From Mobula hypostoma (Eukaryota), in the NCBI RefSeq assembly GCF_963921235.1, contig NC_086097.1:166596001-166660000 (forward strand): DNA of 64,000 bases, read 5' to 3'. Shown here in pieces: positions 39,616 to 53,600 of the stretch (positions are counted from its first letter, which is position 1; each line of letters starts with the position of its first letter). The position numbers and the translations under genes are program-made. A model generated the notes under the pieces. The model was given only the letters and a program-made list of their open reading frames with translations, was not told the DNA's origin and searched no databases.

Positions 39616-42549
39616 TGCTTCTGAATCCTCTAACTTCCCACTATTTGCTCTGTTTTATGCCATCCCGTTTGCTTTTATGTTGGCACTGACTTCCCTCGTT
39701 AGCCACCATTGCATCATCCTGCTTTTAGAATACTACTTCTTTGGAATGTATCCTGCATTTTCAGAATTGCTCCCAGAAGTGCTGGCCTTGGTGCTCTGCT
39801 GTCATCCCTGTTAGTGTCCCCTTCCAACCAACTTTGGCCAGCTCTTCTCTCATGCCTTGGTAATTCCCTTTACTCCACTGTAATGCTGATACATCTGACT
39901 TTACTTCTCCCTCTCAAACTGCAGGGTGAATTCTATCATAGTATGATCACTATTTCCTTAAGGGTTCCTTTACCTTAAGCTCATTAATCAAATCCAGTTC
40001 ATTACACAACACCCAATCCAGAATAGCTGATCCCCTAGTGGGCTCAACCACAAGCTGCTCTGCAAAGCCTTCTCGTAGGGATTCTACAAATTCTTTCTCT
40101 TGGGATCCACTACCAACTTGATTTTCCCAATATACCTGCATATTGAAATCCCCCAAGACTATCGTAACATTATTTTTAAAAATGCCTTTTCTATCTCCCA
40201 TTGTAATTTATAGCCCACATCCTGGCTACGGTTCAAAGGCCTGTATATAGCTCCCATCAGGGTCTTTTTACCCTTGCAGTTTCTTAACTCTATCTACAGT
40301 AATTCTACATTTTCTGATCTTATGTCACTTCTAAGGGTTTGATTTTGATTTTTTACTAGCAGCACACGATTCCCTCTGCCTGCCTACTTGCCTGTCCTTT
40401 CAATACTGTGTGTACCCTTGGATACTAAGCCTCCAACTATAATCTTCTTCAGCCACAACTCGGTGTTGTCCACAATGTCATACCTGTCAATCTCTAACTG
40501 CACTACAAGATCACCTACCTTATCCTGTATACTGCATCATTTAAATATAACAGCTTCACTCCTTTTATCTGTCACCTTTTCTGATTTGCCCCCCTTTTAC
40601 GCTGCAGCTTATCCCACTTATTGCAATTTCCCCCAGTCATCCACCTGTCCTTGCTGACAGTCTCACTCTCCCCTGCCTCTGCTTGTTAACCAACAGCCCT
40701 GTCACTCCATTTACCATCCCCCTGCCAAACTAGTTTAAACTCTCCCCAATAGCTCTAGTAAACCTGCCTTCAGGGATATTGGTCCCACTTGGGTTCAGGT
40801 ATAAACTGTTCCTTTTGTACAGGTCATACCTTCCTCAGTAGAGATCACAATGATGCTGAAATTGAAACCCTGCCTCCTGCACCAGTTTCTCAGCCACATA
40901 TTCATCTGCCAAATCATCCTATTCTTATCCTGACTTGCGTGTGGCACACAGCAATCCAGCAATCTACTCTGGAGGTCCTGCATTTCAGCTTTCTACCCAG
41001 CTACCTAAATTCTCTCCTCAGGTCCTCCTTGCTTTTCCTACCTACCTCATTTGTGCCAAAATGTACCAAGGCTTCTTGCTCTCTCCCTTTAAAATGTTGT
41101 GGTCTCAGTTCAAGATGCCTCTGGGAGGTAACATGCCATCCAGGAGTCTATATCGCATCTACAGAATCTTGTGTCTACTCCTCTATGGAATCCCTCCTGC
41201 AGTTCTCTTCTCTCCCCACCGCCCCCCGCCCTTTTCTGTGCCACAGTGCCAGAGTCAATGCTGCAGCTCCTCCCCACGCCCGGCAGGTCATTCCACTCAA
41301 CAGTATCCAAAATGGTGTACTTGTTATTGAGAGGTACTCTGTACCCTGCCCATTTCCCTTGCCCCTCCTGACAGTCACCCAATTACTTACCTCTTGTGAC
41401 TTAGGAGTGACTATCTCCCTGTCTGTCAGCTCCTCAGTTTCCCGTATGAGCTGAAGTCACCAAGCTGCTGCTCCAGTTCCTTAACATGTTCTCTGAGGAG
41501 TTGGTTGGCATTGAGCAGTTGGGTCAAAGAACCAGTTTCTGTGCTCTGGCTCTCTAGTAGACTGTTAGGCTAGATTTATCGACAATGTTAGAGAACATGG
41601 AAAACTGGCAAGCTATAACTTATGATGTACCACAGGCTGCAGTTATTCACAATCAATGTCAACCAGATCCCTTAGAGGACCAAATGTCATATTTTAAGTT
41701 TGTGGACAATACTAAAGATAGAATTGTAGTCTGGAAGAAGATGTAAAGAAGCTTCTAGAGAATGTGAACAAGCTAAGTGGTCAAAACATGGCAGCTGGAT
41801 GGTAATGCCCAGTAAGTGTGGGATCTGGAACCTAGGTGATTGGGAAGGGGTCACAAGAACCAGAGCCCTGGGGAGTTTAAAGAGAACATGGCAAATATTA
41901 TCTGGTGAAGAAAGCAGCTGGAACAACTGGATTACAAAATGGTCAGAGCAGACTATTGAAGTTTTAGTGTATCGACAGCGCTCATCTACAACTAACTAAA
42001 AATTGCTGGATATTGGGCAATTGCTGCTGATTTTTTTTTCTTTTGTAACACTTCTAAGCAGCACCAGTTTTGCATGGAAAATAAGCCTCGAGTCTTAAAA
42101 GGATAAATAATTAAATAGTGGACGTCTGGGGGTTTTGATCTTAATGTGAATGGATTATGTTGTAACTTGTTTTGAATCCAGTTTTAAATCTCTGAATAAA
42201 TGAATCCTAGGATAAATAGTTGAGTAATAGCTTATTTCTTTTTACTATAGTGTAATATCTTGATGCCATTAAATAAATTTAGTTTTAGAAAATGTGTTTT
42301 GAATCTTGTTGAGAATCTTTTGAAAATAGTGTAGTTCAAGCAATCACCTAATTGCATTCAGACTGTTCTGCTGCAACATCACTTGGTTGTAACTGACCTT
42401 TGTGTGAACGATTTCTGTGCGAACACCATTCTTTTAAAGGCTATCTTAAATATGTTACTATTTCAATACCAGCTAGGCAATCTATTTATATTCTTCCATA
42501 AACTTGAGGAGATCTGCCAAACCTGTGTTTACTTGACTAACTTTCCAGT

Positions 42550-43178
42550 CAAGTAGATGATTTGGATGACAGAATTGATGGATTTGTGGCTAAGCTTGTG
42601 GACTAGATGAAGAAAGGAGGAGGGGCAAGTAGTGTTGAGGAAGCAGGGAGGCTGCAAAAGGACTTCAACAGCTTGGAAGAATGAAAGAAGTGAAAACAGA
42701 AGTGGCAGATGGTATAGAAGTGGTAGGGAAGTGTAAGGTCATTTTGATAGAAGGAATAAAGGAATAGACTATTTTCTAAACAGGGAAAAAAATTCAAAAA
42801 TCAGAGCTGTAAAGGGACTTGAGAGTCCTTGTGCAGCATTCCCTAAAAGTTAACTGTCAGATTGAGTTGGTAGTAGGGAAAGCTAATGTTAGTGTTCATT
42901 AGTGGGTGAGTCTAGGACCAGAAGGTACGGCCTCAGAATAGAGAGACATCCATTCAACAGTGATGAGGAAGTATTTCTTTAGGCAGAAGGTAGTGAGTCT
43001 GTGGAATTCATTGCCACAGATGGCTGTGGAGGCAAAGTCATTGAGTATATTTAAGTTGGAGGTTTATAGGTTCTTAATTAGTCAGGGCGTCAAAGGTTAC
43101 AGGGAAAAGGCAGGAGAATGGAATGGAAAGTGTTAATAAATCAGTCTTGATGGGCCAAATGGCCTAATTCTGCTTCTA
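42550..43178 (+). mobile_element. Degraded CR1 3' fragment, interrupted at its tail by a Tc1
   Basis: Similar to the 30050-31165 copy; tail resumes at 44675 (tgccttatggtc). Confidence 0.75.
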
Positions 43179-44672
43179 CAGCACTGTGCAAAATCTTAGG
43201 TACATGTAAAAAAAATTCTGTAAAGTGAAGATACTTTGAAAAATAATGTGGTGAAGTTATTAAATATCAAAAAATACTGTAAAGAATAGTAAGCAGTAAA
43301 AATAAATCAAATCAATATTTGGTGAGCAACCTTTGCCTTCAATTCTCTAATGTACACTGTCGTGCAGTTTTATAAGAAAATCGAATGGTAGTTTTTTTCC
43401 AAGCATTTTGGAGAGCTTGCCTCAGTTCTTCTGCAGACTATAGTTGTCTCACTTGCATCTGTCTCTCCAGGTATTCCCCAGTAGCCTCAATAATGTTGAG
43501 ATCAGGGCTCTATGGAGGCATTCCATCTGTTGCAGAATTCCTTGTTCTTCTTTTTGCTGGATTCTTCTTTATGACCTTGGCCGTGTGTTTGGGGTCATTG
43601 TCCTGCTGCAGAATGAAGTTGGTATTGTGCGATCGATGAGAATCTGCTTGTATTTCTCAGTATTGAGGATTCCATTAGGGCTGACAGATCACTAGAAATG
43701 CAGCCCCAAATCTGCAAGGTCACTTTCCCATGCTTTACTGTTGACTGCAGGCACTATTCCATGTAGTGCTCACCAGCTCTTCTATAGATAAACTGTCCCT
43801 TGCTTGAGCCAAAAATTTCAAATTTCGGCTTGTCAATCCAGAGCACTTGCTGCCATTGTTCAGCACCCCAGTCCCTGTGTTTTTGTGCGTAGGTGTGGCT
43901 TGGCTTCGTTTCCACCTTGGAGGAATGGCTTTTTGGCAGCAACTCTTCCATGAAGACCACTTCTAACAAGACTGTAGAGGAGTTTACTTGGGTTCCAGTG
44001 GTTTCTGTAAGTTCAGAGCTGATAGTAGTTTTTCCGATTTAGAGGGGACGTCAATTTGATGCATTTCTCATCTGCTGCACTCAGTTTCTGAGGCCAGCCA
44101 CGGCACTCAACTTTGACTATTTCTTTGTGCTTCTGCAGAAGAGCTAGGATAGCACATCTTAACTTCTGTCTGTTGTGAAATTTCTGCTTGGAAGAGACCT
44201 TGCTGATGGACGATGACCACCTTGTGTCTTGTTGCTGTGCTCACTCTTGCCGTAGTGTAAGAATTGAGGATTTGGACGTTAAAATGCCACATCTACCACA
44301 CCCTCACCTTTTAGTTTGTTTGTCCTTCACCCAGTTTCATTCCTTCTACATCCGTTTCTGTTTCAGTTCATTAGTTTAGTTCATTCAACTTATTATGTCA
44401 TTGATAAGTACCTGTTTGTTATCTTTGTTTAATCTTGCACTGGGCTGTACACTTACAAAGTAGTCAAGTTTTTATTTGAAAAGTGGCTTATTGATAATAT
44501 TTTAACGAAATACAAAACTTCCTCCAAATGTAATTTTTTAGAAAATAAATATTTGTAAATCTAAACTTTGTTCTTTTCTCCTTACACACTAATGCAGAAG
44601 ACCAAAAAATAAACATCTGAAACAAAATGTATATGAAAAACCTGGGGTGCTTAAGATTTGTGCACAGTACTG
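43179..44672 (-). mobile_element. Tc1-family DNA transposon, degraded transposase
   Basis: TIRs CAGCACTGTGCAAAATCTTAGG / CTTAAGATTTGTGCACAGTACTG with TA duplication; remnant AQKHRDWGAEQWQQVLWIDKPKFEIFGSS matches the Tc1 W..VLW(S/T)DE.KF motif. Confidence 0.88.
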
Positions 44673-44976
44673 TATGCCTTATGGTCAGTCTTTGTATGTG
44701 TTTATAATTAAATTACTCCACATTTTGTTGTCCAAATAATACTCTGTTTATCTCTGGACTAAGCATTTTTTAAATCATATGACATATTTGTTTTAGTTAA
44801 TTTGCTGTGCTGTTTATGGAACACCTAATTAGGTGACACATTTAATGAAAAAATAGTTATCAGTGTCTTTATTTAGTGCAAAGTAGTTGGAACTGAATTC
44901 TTGCTTTACAGAAGAATCCACTTTAAAATGCTGTGCTCAAGGATATTGCTACAATATCTCTATTTTGTTTAACTAG

Positions 44977-45077
44977 GGTTTTAAAGAAAACTTGCATGCA
45001 TTGTTCTGCTTGGCTGAGAATGCAGTAGGAGCTGAAGCCACAAGACCTGATGACATTCACCAACTGTATTCTGGAAA
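44977..45077 (+). CDS. NPEPL1: NPEPL1-like exon 8
   Basis: actag|...|gtgagt; 101 bp; GFKENLHALFCLAENAVGAEATRPDDIHQLYSG(K). Confidence 0.95.
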
Positions 45078-45494
45078 GTGAGTTAGTGGATGTCTGCTGC
45101 TACATTTTTGGTCTTCCAGTATCTTGGTGTACTATGTATGAGCAAAATGCAGAATATAAACAAATAGGACGGAGACAATTTGTTGCAACTTTAGAAGGTC
45201 AATAGATGCATTTTGTTCTCCAAGTACCTTTGAGCAGAAATTAGGATTTGACTGTAATGTCATTTGTAGTACTTGGGTTGTATGTTCAGCCTGGATAATT
45301 TTCTCTGATTTTCTCTTAGCAATTTATCATGGTACATTTTTTAGAGGCCAGGAATACTTTATAAATCCTAATTTTACTGATGATTGCAGATTCATACACT
45401 GAATGGGTTATAAAACAAAAAAATGTTGCTTCAATTTTTTGCAAATCAGATCTGATTGTGTTTTACTTTTAAAAAAAACACATTTACTCAATAG

Positions 45495-45618
45495 AACTGT
45501 TGAGATCAATAACACAGATGCAGAAGGTTCTCTGGTTTTGGCTGATGGAGTATCCTATGCGTGTAAAGATCTCAAAGCAGACATCATAGTAGATATTGCA
45601 ACTTCAGCTGGAGCTCAG
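45495..45618 (+). CDS. NPEPL1: NPEPL1-like exon 9 (NTDAEG signature)
   Basis: aatag|...|gtaagt; 124 bp, phase matches exon 8; [41 protein letters not shown]. Confidence 0.95.
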
Positions 45619-46750
45619 GTAAGTGAATGTTTCTATGTTTCTGTTTTGATTTTACTCTTAATTTACATTGCCTCCAGTGGTCAATGAATATTAGTGTCAA
45701 AGAATGCACTTTTTTTATTGGCAGCAGTTAGAATCCATTGACCATCCACATGAAAACAGCATGTACAGTTATTAAGTCATAGAGCTGTAACTCATGGAAG
45801 TTAGCCCTTTGGCTCAAATGGGAAAACAAGATGCTCATTAAAGCTAATCCCATTTGACTGCATTTGGCTTGTATCCACCTTCCTATCCATGCTCCAATCT
45901 AAGTGTCTTAAATGTTGTTAACATACTTGCTTCAACCATTTCGTCCAGCAACTCATTCCATATACAGACCATTTTCTGGGTGAAAAAGTTGGCTTTCAGG
46001 ATAATATTAAATCTCTCCCTTCTCACCTTAAATTATGCCGTTTAATTTTGATTTCTCAACCCTGGGAGAAAAAGACTGTGTTTTCACTATGTCCCTCATG
46101 ACTTTTATTGAGTTCTAATTTATAATGACACTTTGTGGATAATGGAATTCTGGTTAATAGTCTAATTAATAAAATTGTTAAATTTTAATGTTGCATACCA
46201 GAGAGAAGAATGGTTATTCTGCAGATCTAACTATCAAATGAACCTAAGTGGACCTAAAATGCTAAGATTTTATCACTTGTAAAAGTTGGCCTTTGCAATT
46301 CTTCTGCAAAGTAGATGTACCCCCATTGGCTATCCTGCTCTGACCTTGTATTGTACTTGCCAAGAAAAGTAGTAGAATCTTCTTCCTGATGATGGCTTCC
46401 TGTTGTCCACCAGATGCTGCAGCACTAACAAGGAATATTCCCTGAACATTTTGAGAATTCCAAGTGAATATTTTACCAGTGCTCTGCACCATGATAGAAT
46501 GTGTCTCAGTGCATTTGTCGTCCTATTTTATGCAAGCAAATACATCTGTGCCCGGTTCACAATGATCACTTTTCACTAGTTCAGTGTGCTATTTTCAGAC
46601 CCTGACTTGTGTGATCATAGATGATGACCTCATTTTTATTTATTATACTTTTAGAATTAGCTCTCTTGTAATATGTGTAATTGAAGAATAGATTTTGGTA
46701 TATTTAAATAGCAGATCTTTGTATAAACTTTTCATATGAACTTTAACTAG

Positions 46751-46927
46751 GGTATTGTGACTGGGAAGTACCATGGTGGATTGCTTACCAATAATGAGGA
46801 GTGGGAACAGGCCTGTGTTAAAGCCGGACAAAACAGTGGAGATCTTGTGCACCCATTGGTTTACTGCCCAGAACTCCACTTCAGTGAATTTACTTCAACT
46901 GTGGCAGATATGAAAAATTTTGCGTCT
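46751..46927 (+). CDS. NPEPL1: NPEPL1-like exon 10
   Basis: actag|...|gtaagt; 177 bp; GIVTGKYHGGLLTNNEEWEQACVKAGQNSGDLVHPLVYCPELHFSEFTSTVADMKNFAS. Confidence 0.95.
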
Positions 46928-49161
46928 GTAAGTTAGTTGTCTATCTTGGCTATTCTGTTAGAGTTATTTAACTCTCTAAATTAGGCTGATGCTGTGTAAG
47001 AAGTGTTTTTTCTCTCAAAATGTAATCTACTGGCGAGATGTTAAAATCAAAAATACAAGAGATATTGCAGATGCTGGAAATCCAGAGCAACACACACAGA
47101 ATGCTGGAGAAACTCAGCAGAGCAGGCATCATCCTTGGAAATGAATAAACAGTTGACATTTTGGGCTGAGACCCTTCCTCGGGTGTTAAGATCAAATTGA
47201 CTGTCCAGTCATCTCGATTTAAATAACATTTCAATCCTAAATTTAAACAGCCTGTAACTTAGTTGGGTTAAATTGTTCTCAGATCTTTGCAATTTACTTG
47301 CAAACATCTTGCCACAATGTGAGGAGACATTGTCACTGTGCTGTAAAACTTAATTTACAAATGGGTATAGTCAGTGAAGATTTTGAAGCAACTTACTATG
47401 CGGAGGTAACAATAAGTTAACTAGGAAATAGAATTTTTTCATTCTGTAAATATTTTCTGTGTTTTTCCTTTAATCTCGCAACGATTTATACGGTGATATG
47501 TCCACAATAATTTCTTTGACACTACAACTTCCTGTGTCCATCTTTTTCATATCTCCAATTGCATTTCCAAACAACAGACAAAACTCATTTTAATTACAAT
47601 ATTTGTTACCTATTAATGAAAAAAATTCTTCCTCTCAGTCTGGAGTAAACCTGCAGCTGATCTTCATGTCCCTCTGCATCACTTAATGTGCAAAATATTA
47701 AAGATTCCAGGGATAATGGAATAGGAATAGGTTATTCAGCCCATTGTTTGCTTTGCCATCCAATTGTCTTTGATCTTTTACCTGAATGCACAAGCCCCAC
47801 ATTTTAACATCACTGGTATAGTTGGTGTAATATTGATAACAAAAAAAAATTAATGGCATCTTAATTCATGCTCCTGGTATGATTCTGCCTTGCCCACCAT
47901 CCCATCTTTGTACCATTCAATGACTTTCTTAATTGATTCTTGAGTTTCTACCTTTATTACTGTAAGTGGAATTTCAAATCTTGATCATCTTTTTGTGTGG
48001 AGAATATCCTGATAATTGACCTAAAGTTAAGGTTTACCATTATGAATCTTTTTCTCTGTCCTGTTCTATACTGAGTTTTATGTAAAGCATTTTAATACAT
48101 TGCCTTTATACAGTCTATAATATATTATGGATTGGTGTTGTCAATGGCTGTATAGAAAGTGAAGGGATTAAGAATGGAATATTACTTATGCTAATGCCAC
48201 TATAAAAGTTCAAGTTGTTTAAATAGGTTTTGAGAAAGTTCTGAAGATGTTTATAATAGTGATGGAAGTGAGTTTTGGAGAATAAGGTTACACAGTAATT
48301 TCTAAAGGGTGGAAGTTTGTATTAGGAATGGAGGATAAGCTGTAATTAAATTCAGGAACAGAAATCTTGTTACAGAGACAAAAAATGATTTTCTGAAGGT
48401 TGTGATGTGAGATTATGGGGAGATTTAAAAATGAAGTTGAGTGTTTTTGGACACGAGACTCTGCGGATGCTGGAATTCCAAAGCATCTCACACAAAATGC
48501 TGGAGGACACTACTGGAGACAACATTACAAGAATTTTGCATGTGTACAGCACTTTCTTGTGGCATAGACATGGCAATAAATTTGTCCTTGTTTGGGGTGT
48601 ACTTTCATCCTGAGAACAAATAAATGTCCCAAAAAGGACCCAGTGCTTTCCCAGCTTTCAACCAGGTATAGGTATTGATTATAACCGATGTTTTGATGAC
48701 AAGCTCTGGGTTGTCATAAAAATGAAAGTGCTTTCTTTCAACAGCTTCCATAGTTTTTCTGTATTTCATGGCTATCTCGAGAAGACCAATATCAGAGTTG
48801 TATTGTACATGCATACTTTGACTATAAAGTGAATTGTTGAACCTTTTTTTAAAATCCTGCTGGGCTTTCTCGGGTCAGCTGGCCATCTCTCAGCCAGCCA
48901 GTTACATGGCACCTCTCTGTTCCTGACTAAAATGCATATTAACTTGCATTCACTGGGGATCAACTAAAACTTTGTTATAAAATGATTAATTTGAGCTCAA
49001 TGTTATGACGATACTAGATTGTATTAGCTGTGGTTTTTGAATTTAAAAATATATTTAATTCAGAAATATATACATTAATGGTTTACAAACAGATATCCAT
49101 TTGCATGTTGACTGTGCAGTGTCTGGCAGGGAACAATTTTAATGTAGTTGTGTCATTGTAG

Positions 49162-49272
49162 GATCATGCCAGTGCTCTGAGCTCGTGTACAGGCTTGTTT
49201 ATTGAAGCACATATTGGCTTTGATTGGCCAGGAGTATGGGTGCACATTGACATGGCTTCTCGAGTTCATTCT
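49162..49272 (+). CDS. NPEPL1: NPEPL1-like exon 11
   Basis: tgtag|...|gtaagt; 111 bp; DHASALSSCTGLFIEAHIGFDWPGVWVHIDMASRVHS. Confidence 0.94.
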
Positions 49273-50122
49273 GTAAGTAAAGTTTTCTGTAACATTTGAT
49301 TCTCAGTAGAAAGGTTAATTTATTGCATGCATTATTTAAGTTTGGATGTCCATACCGCAGGATATATGTTAGCATGGCAAACCAATTTGTTTAATCCACA
49401 TACAGTTTTCAAAAGCAACAGGATCTGGTCAGTTATTTGTTTAGAAGTTTAATATGGTGCATATATGTTCCTAGTTGATTCTTTTCATCCTATAACTGCA
49501 ATTATATTTATCATCTACTCTCCAATTCGTTTTAATTTATTTCTCTGTTCTGCTTACAAGCAATATATTTTGCATTTGGGCAGAAGAGAGGATGACTAAT
49601 GATGAGTCAGAAAAAACAATGGCTCTGGGAATGTTCAGTAGGAGTTGGATTTGAGCATGAGCCTTGGGAAAACCTAGGGCAGAAGTGTTCTGAGAGTAGT
49701 CGATTACCATTGTACTGCGTGAAAGTGAGTTACCTTACACATTTGGGACGCGCAGAATTCCAACAAAGCTTTGGAAATGAGTTTTCTTTTGACATACCAT
49801 ATAGTGATATTTCAGCATTGTGAATGACTTGTTCTTTTAAGATTCTGATTAACTTGGGTTATAATGTATCACAATTTTGAACTAATTATAACTTAAAGCT
49901 TTAGAGAATATTTGATAAGTAGAATGTTTAAAAACTTTGTTTTACAAACACATAATTGTAAGAAACTGCCTCTTTATACAAAGGGTTATTTCTAGCATGA
50001 TGCTTTTGGGAATGTCCCATAGTGCATGTGATAAGTTCCATTGTATGTACATGATTATTACAATTTGAGTATACAAGAAGATGTGTAAGCTGAGAAACTA
50101 ATGGTTATACTTTCTCCATCAG

Positions 50123-50284
50123 GGAGCTCGGGCTACAGGCTATGGGGTAGCACTACTTTTAGCATTGTTTGGTCATGCAACAGATAATGTATTGTTGAAC
50201 ATCATTTCACCAAATGGTGTTAGCTTTACCACAGAAGTTGGTAATTCGATGGAAAATTGCTTCAAAAAGAGAAGACTGATATGA
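50123..50284 (+). CDS. NPEPL1: NPEPL1-like exon 12 (terminal, stop TGA)
   Basis: atcag|GARATGYGVALLLALFGHATDNVLLNIISPNG...CFKKRRLI*; summed CDS 1605 bp = 534 aa + stop, frame open across all 12 exons. Confidence 0.94.
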   Translation, partial: GARATGYGVALLLALFGHATDNVLLNIISPNGVSFTTEVGNSMENCFKKRRLI

Positions 50285-50637
50285 ATCCTGATTGCAATTG
50301 TGTTCATTTTCTGCTTTATGGAATTGAAAGTATTCATTTCCTGATCCTGTAAGAAATTTTGCATTAGTATTTGGGAGCATACAGTAATTATTTTTCACTG
50401 CTATTCCTTAATGCTGGTGACTTGTCAAATAGAACACACAGCTTTGCTAATGATTTAATCCCATTACTTTTTGCATGGAGACTTGCAGAGATTGGAGTTG
50501 TATTTATTGCAGATTAAGAGTTTTTATTTCTATGAATGTAAGTTGAGCTATAATGTTTGGAGGTCACATACTTATACAATGAATCAAATTCTCTTATGTA
50601 TAGTGATTAGCCTTAGTACTATCTCTTAGCAGCTTAA

Positions 50638-50643
50638 AATAAA
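50638..50643 (+). terminator. Candidate polyadenylation signal of the NPEPL1-like gene
   Basis: First AATAAA I found after the stop codon, followed by T-rich sequence; another lies at 51911-51916. Confidence 0.45.
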
Positions 50644-53600
50644 ACTGTTAAGATTTTTTAAAGCAGGTTTAAAACATTTTTGTATATTTTCATGTATTTG
50701 AATAAGATGTGCATAAAACATTGTATAATTTTCAAAGTTGTCCTGTTGCTTCTATTTAACCCATCGTTGCATTTCTTATCCTTTGGTTTTCTTTTAGATT
50801 ATGTATTTGTGCTAATGTGGTGACTATCACTAGAGTGCAAAATTAGCAGCCCTCCAATGCTAATGTGCTAAAGTTACTTCTTCATTGATTTCCTCTTGTT
50901 ACTCCAGTTTAATATTCTGATGACAACAGGGCTAACTTCAAACACTTTACAAATAAGTGGTTAAAATTCTAATACACATAAGACTCATAGCCTCAGGTGT
51001 TTCACATTTGTGCAGGAGAAGGTAGGTACCCTGGTTTGTCCCCCGTAACCCTGTGCTAGGAAGATTGGCCCGACTTGCCTTTGGGTGGAACTGGAGGAAG
51101 GGTTTTATTGCCATAGTTGACCCAATTAAGTCAAGGGAAATAATTAGCAACATGGTAAATTATTTCCAAACTCCTTCAGCATTGAACATTTACTTTTATA
51201 AATGTGGAGATTCTTGCTTTAGTTTCATTTGTAATACAGCTACACTGTTATTTTCTTCATTCCCTCAATCGTTTTCAGTATTATTATCTACATATGATTC
51301 TTACATTGAATTAAATTGTTATGATTTACCCTTCATATCAGTGAGAATTTTACAGTGTAATTGAGGAGGTATGCCATTGCTGGTTCTCTTCATATAAGTT
51401 CCAAATTCTGTGTTATTGATGTCATTGTTCTGTTGCTTGAATTACTATAAAAAAGTAGCATGAATGGTGAGGGACTATAAGCATAAGTGCACTAAAAACA
51501 AACAGGTCTGTATCAACGAATTGCAATATTGGAGATAATTTGGATGAATTCACATTTATCAAAATTAAATGATTTTTATATACTTGACCTACCCCATTTC
51601 TAACCTGGTGCTTATTGACCCCTACTTTAGTTCCAAAAACACTTGCCTCTGTTTATACTTTACAAAATCTTCTGGTGAGCGAATACCCAGTTTTCATGAA
51701 ATTTTATTGAAAATGTCAATCACTGTGAGATGTTTTAGAAACAAATATAAAACAGGGACATATTTTCACTGGTAACTATTGACAGTAGAGCCACAATTGT
51801 CTGGGTCTGGTAGACAGCATCAGGTTAAGGAAAAAAAAAGAGCAATCCAACTAGAAGCAAAGCTTATTGCATATTTTCTAAAACTAATTTCAGTATTCCA
51901 GAAGTTCATGAATAAACTTGAAATATAAATACACCTTAACACTCTACTATTGAAATCCATAAGGTAATGTTATCCTTTGTCATACAAAACTTAGTTGCAC
52001 CAACTATTATTGTTCATTTTCAGTTTTGACTTAAAATCATCCACTGTAATACACATAGTATGGTGAGTTGGATCATGGACTTAGCCTATCTATATTGTTG
52101 AAAATAGCCAATTCCTTCCAATAAATATAGTCAAGCTACTTGTAGAATGGGAAAAAAACATTGCTTTTCATTTGATTTTCTAAGCAACCAGAACTTTGAA
52201 AGATGAGAAATCAGTAAAACAGCTGTATCTGGAAAAAAAAATTGACTCTTGAATGCTATTTTCATCTTCAAACAAATTTATAAAGTGATCTTAAAAACAG
52301 TTTCTAAAACTATTATTGCAAGATTAAAGGGTTTTGAAGGCTAACTTGGATTTTTGTTTGGTTTTAAGACAATAACCCTTAATGTTGTTTGAAACTTACG
52401 GTAGCCCTGTGTTAGTTTTCTAAGTTATAGGTCAATTATTTAGCACATTTTCTTACATGGAAATCAGTGCTGTGATTGCCAAACTTCTATCTGGATCTCT
52501 ATGAGACAGACATAAGCAAAGACAAATTGCATTATTAACCTGACGATTAAATCTTCACCAACTGGATTTGTTTGTGCAACCAAGTTACAGGAATATTTGG
52601 TGAGTTACCTTCGGTAGGAAAACTGCCAAAGAGGAAGTTGAGTTTCAATCCTTGCTTTACATTAACAATACAAATGTGTAATAGTTGTCAGAAACCAATA
52701 ACTGACATGAAAATAGTTGGCCACATTGGTAATGAGCCAGTGCTACCTTTAAGAAGCATGGCAAATTACACACACAATTCCTTCTTGGTTGCAGTAACCT
52801 TTGCTGTAATTGCCTGTTTTTAAAAGAGTTTTCTCACTTTGGGTCTGTGCTTGTGCTATAATTCTACTCATCAATAATATAATCCTTAGAAATACACCAT
52901 TATTTCTAAACCAAAACAGTGTTATTAATCTTGAACATGTTTGCATTCAGATAAGTAGATTAAAATTAAATCTTAAGATACATGTATATTTTGCCCTTTT
53001 CAGGGTTTTAGTTACCTTGAAAATTGTAGCAATAACAATTTGCATGTGGAAATATGCAGAGAAAAGTCAAACTTTAAGCCAAGTAAATCTTCTATCCAAA
53101 AGTCAGGCAGTCTATTTTTCAGAATATTATGCAATATGAATGGTTACATAATATCCTTTTATATTGACTCCAGTTATTATTCATTCTAATACTGTGACAC
53201 AAGATAAATCCACTTTACTGTGCCAGAGTGAAAGCACGTGAATGTGCCCATCAAACCCCTATAAGCAAGTTCCTGATACTGGTTAGGCTGTCATGGGTAA
53301 TATCCATTAGAAGAGGCCACATGGTTCCCAGTAAGAAAATCAGCAAATTATCACCTTGGAATATATCACCATATATTCCAATAATTGGTTGAAGATGGAT
53401 CATCATAACAGTTGGAAACACATCACTCAGGTTCTAACCAGACAAATGGAATAGGTGAAAAGGAGATGGAAATGAAACAGTTATGGTTGGAGTCTTCCTA
53501 TCAAAATAATTGATGACACTGTGGGCTCATTAAGAAAAAAGTTATGTTAGCTTCAGTTTAATCAAAGAGAAAAGCTATTGAAAGATTTGCCTTTCAGAGG

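Larger units (their letters stand above)
34660..41480 (-). mobile_element. Stack of nested minus-strand CR1 LINEs (old long copy interrupted by younger insertions)
   Basis: CR1 3' tails near 34660, 35004 and 37160; RT remnants 35150-37150; endonuclease remnant GDFNM..LVVEPTRGSAILDWVLCN at 39950-40200; ORF1-like remnant 40740-41480. Confidence 0.85.

Noticed and set aside
40388..41454. Cluster of overlapping 60-220 aa ORFs on both strands
   Set aside because: Antisense or broken frames of a decayed CR1 ORF1/endonuclease region; no independent coding signal
47050..47185. Additional hammerhead copies (also ~967-1002, 56145-56180)
   Set aside because: Core boxes are mutated (GAAA to AAAA or GAAT, CUGAUGA altered), so they are unlikely to be active; treated as decayed Penelope termini
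1180..50284. NPEPL1-like gene as a pseudogene
   Set aside because: All 12 exons have GT-AG boundaries and compatible phases, there are no stops or frameshifts, and a CpG-rich promoter is present
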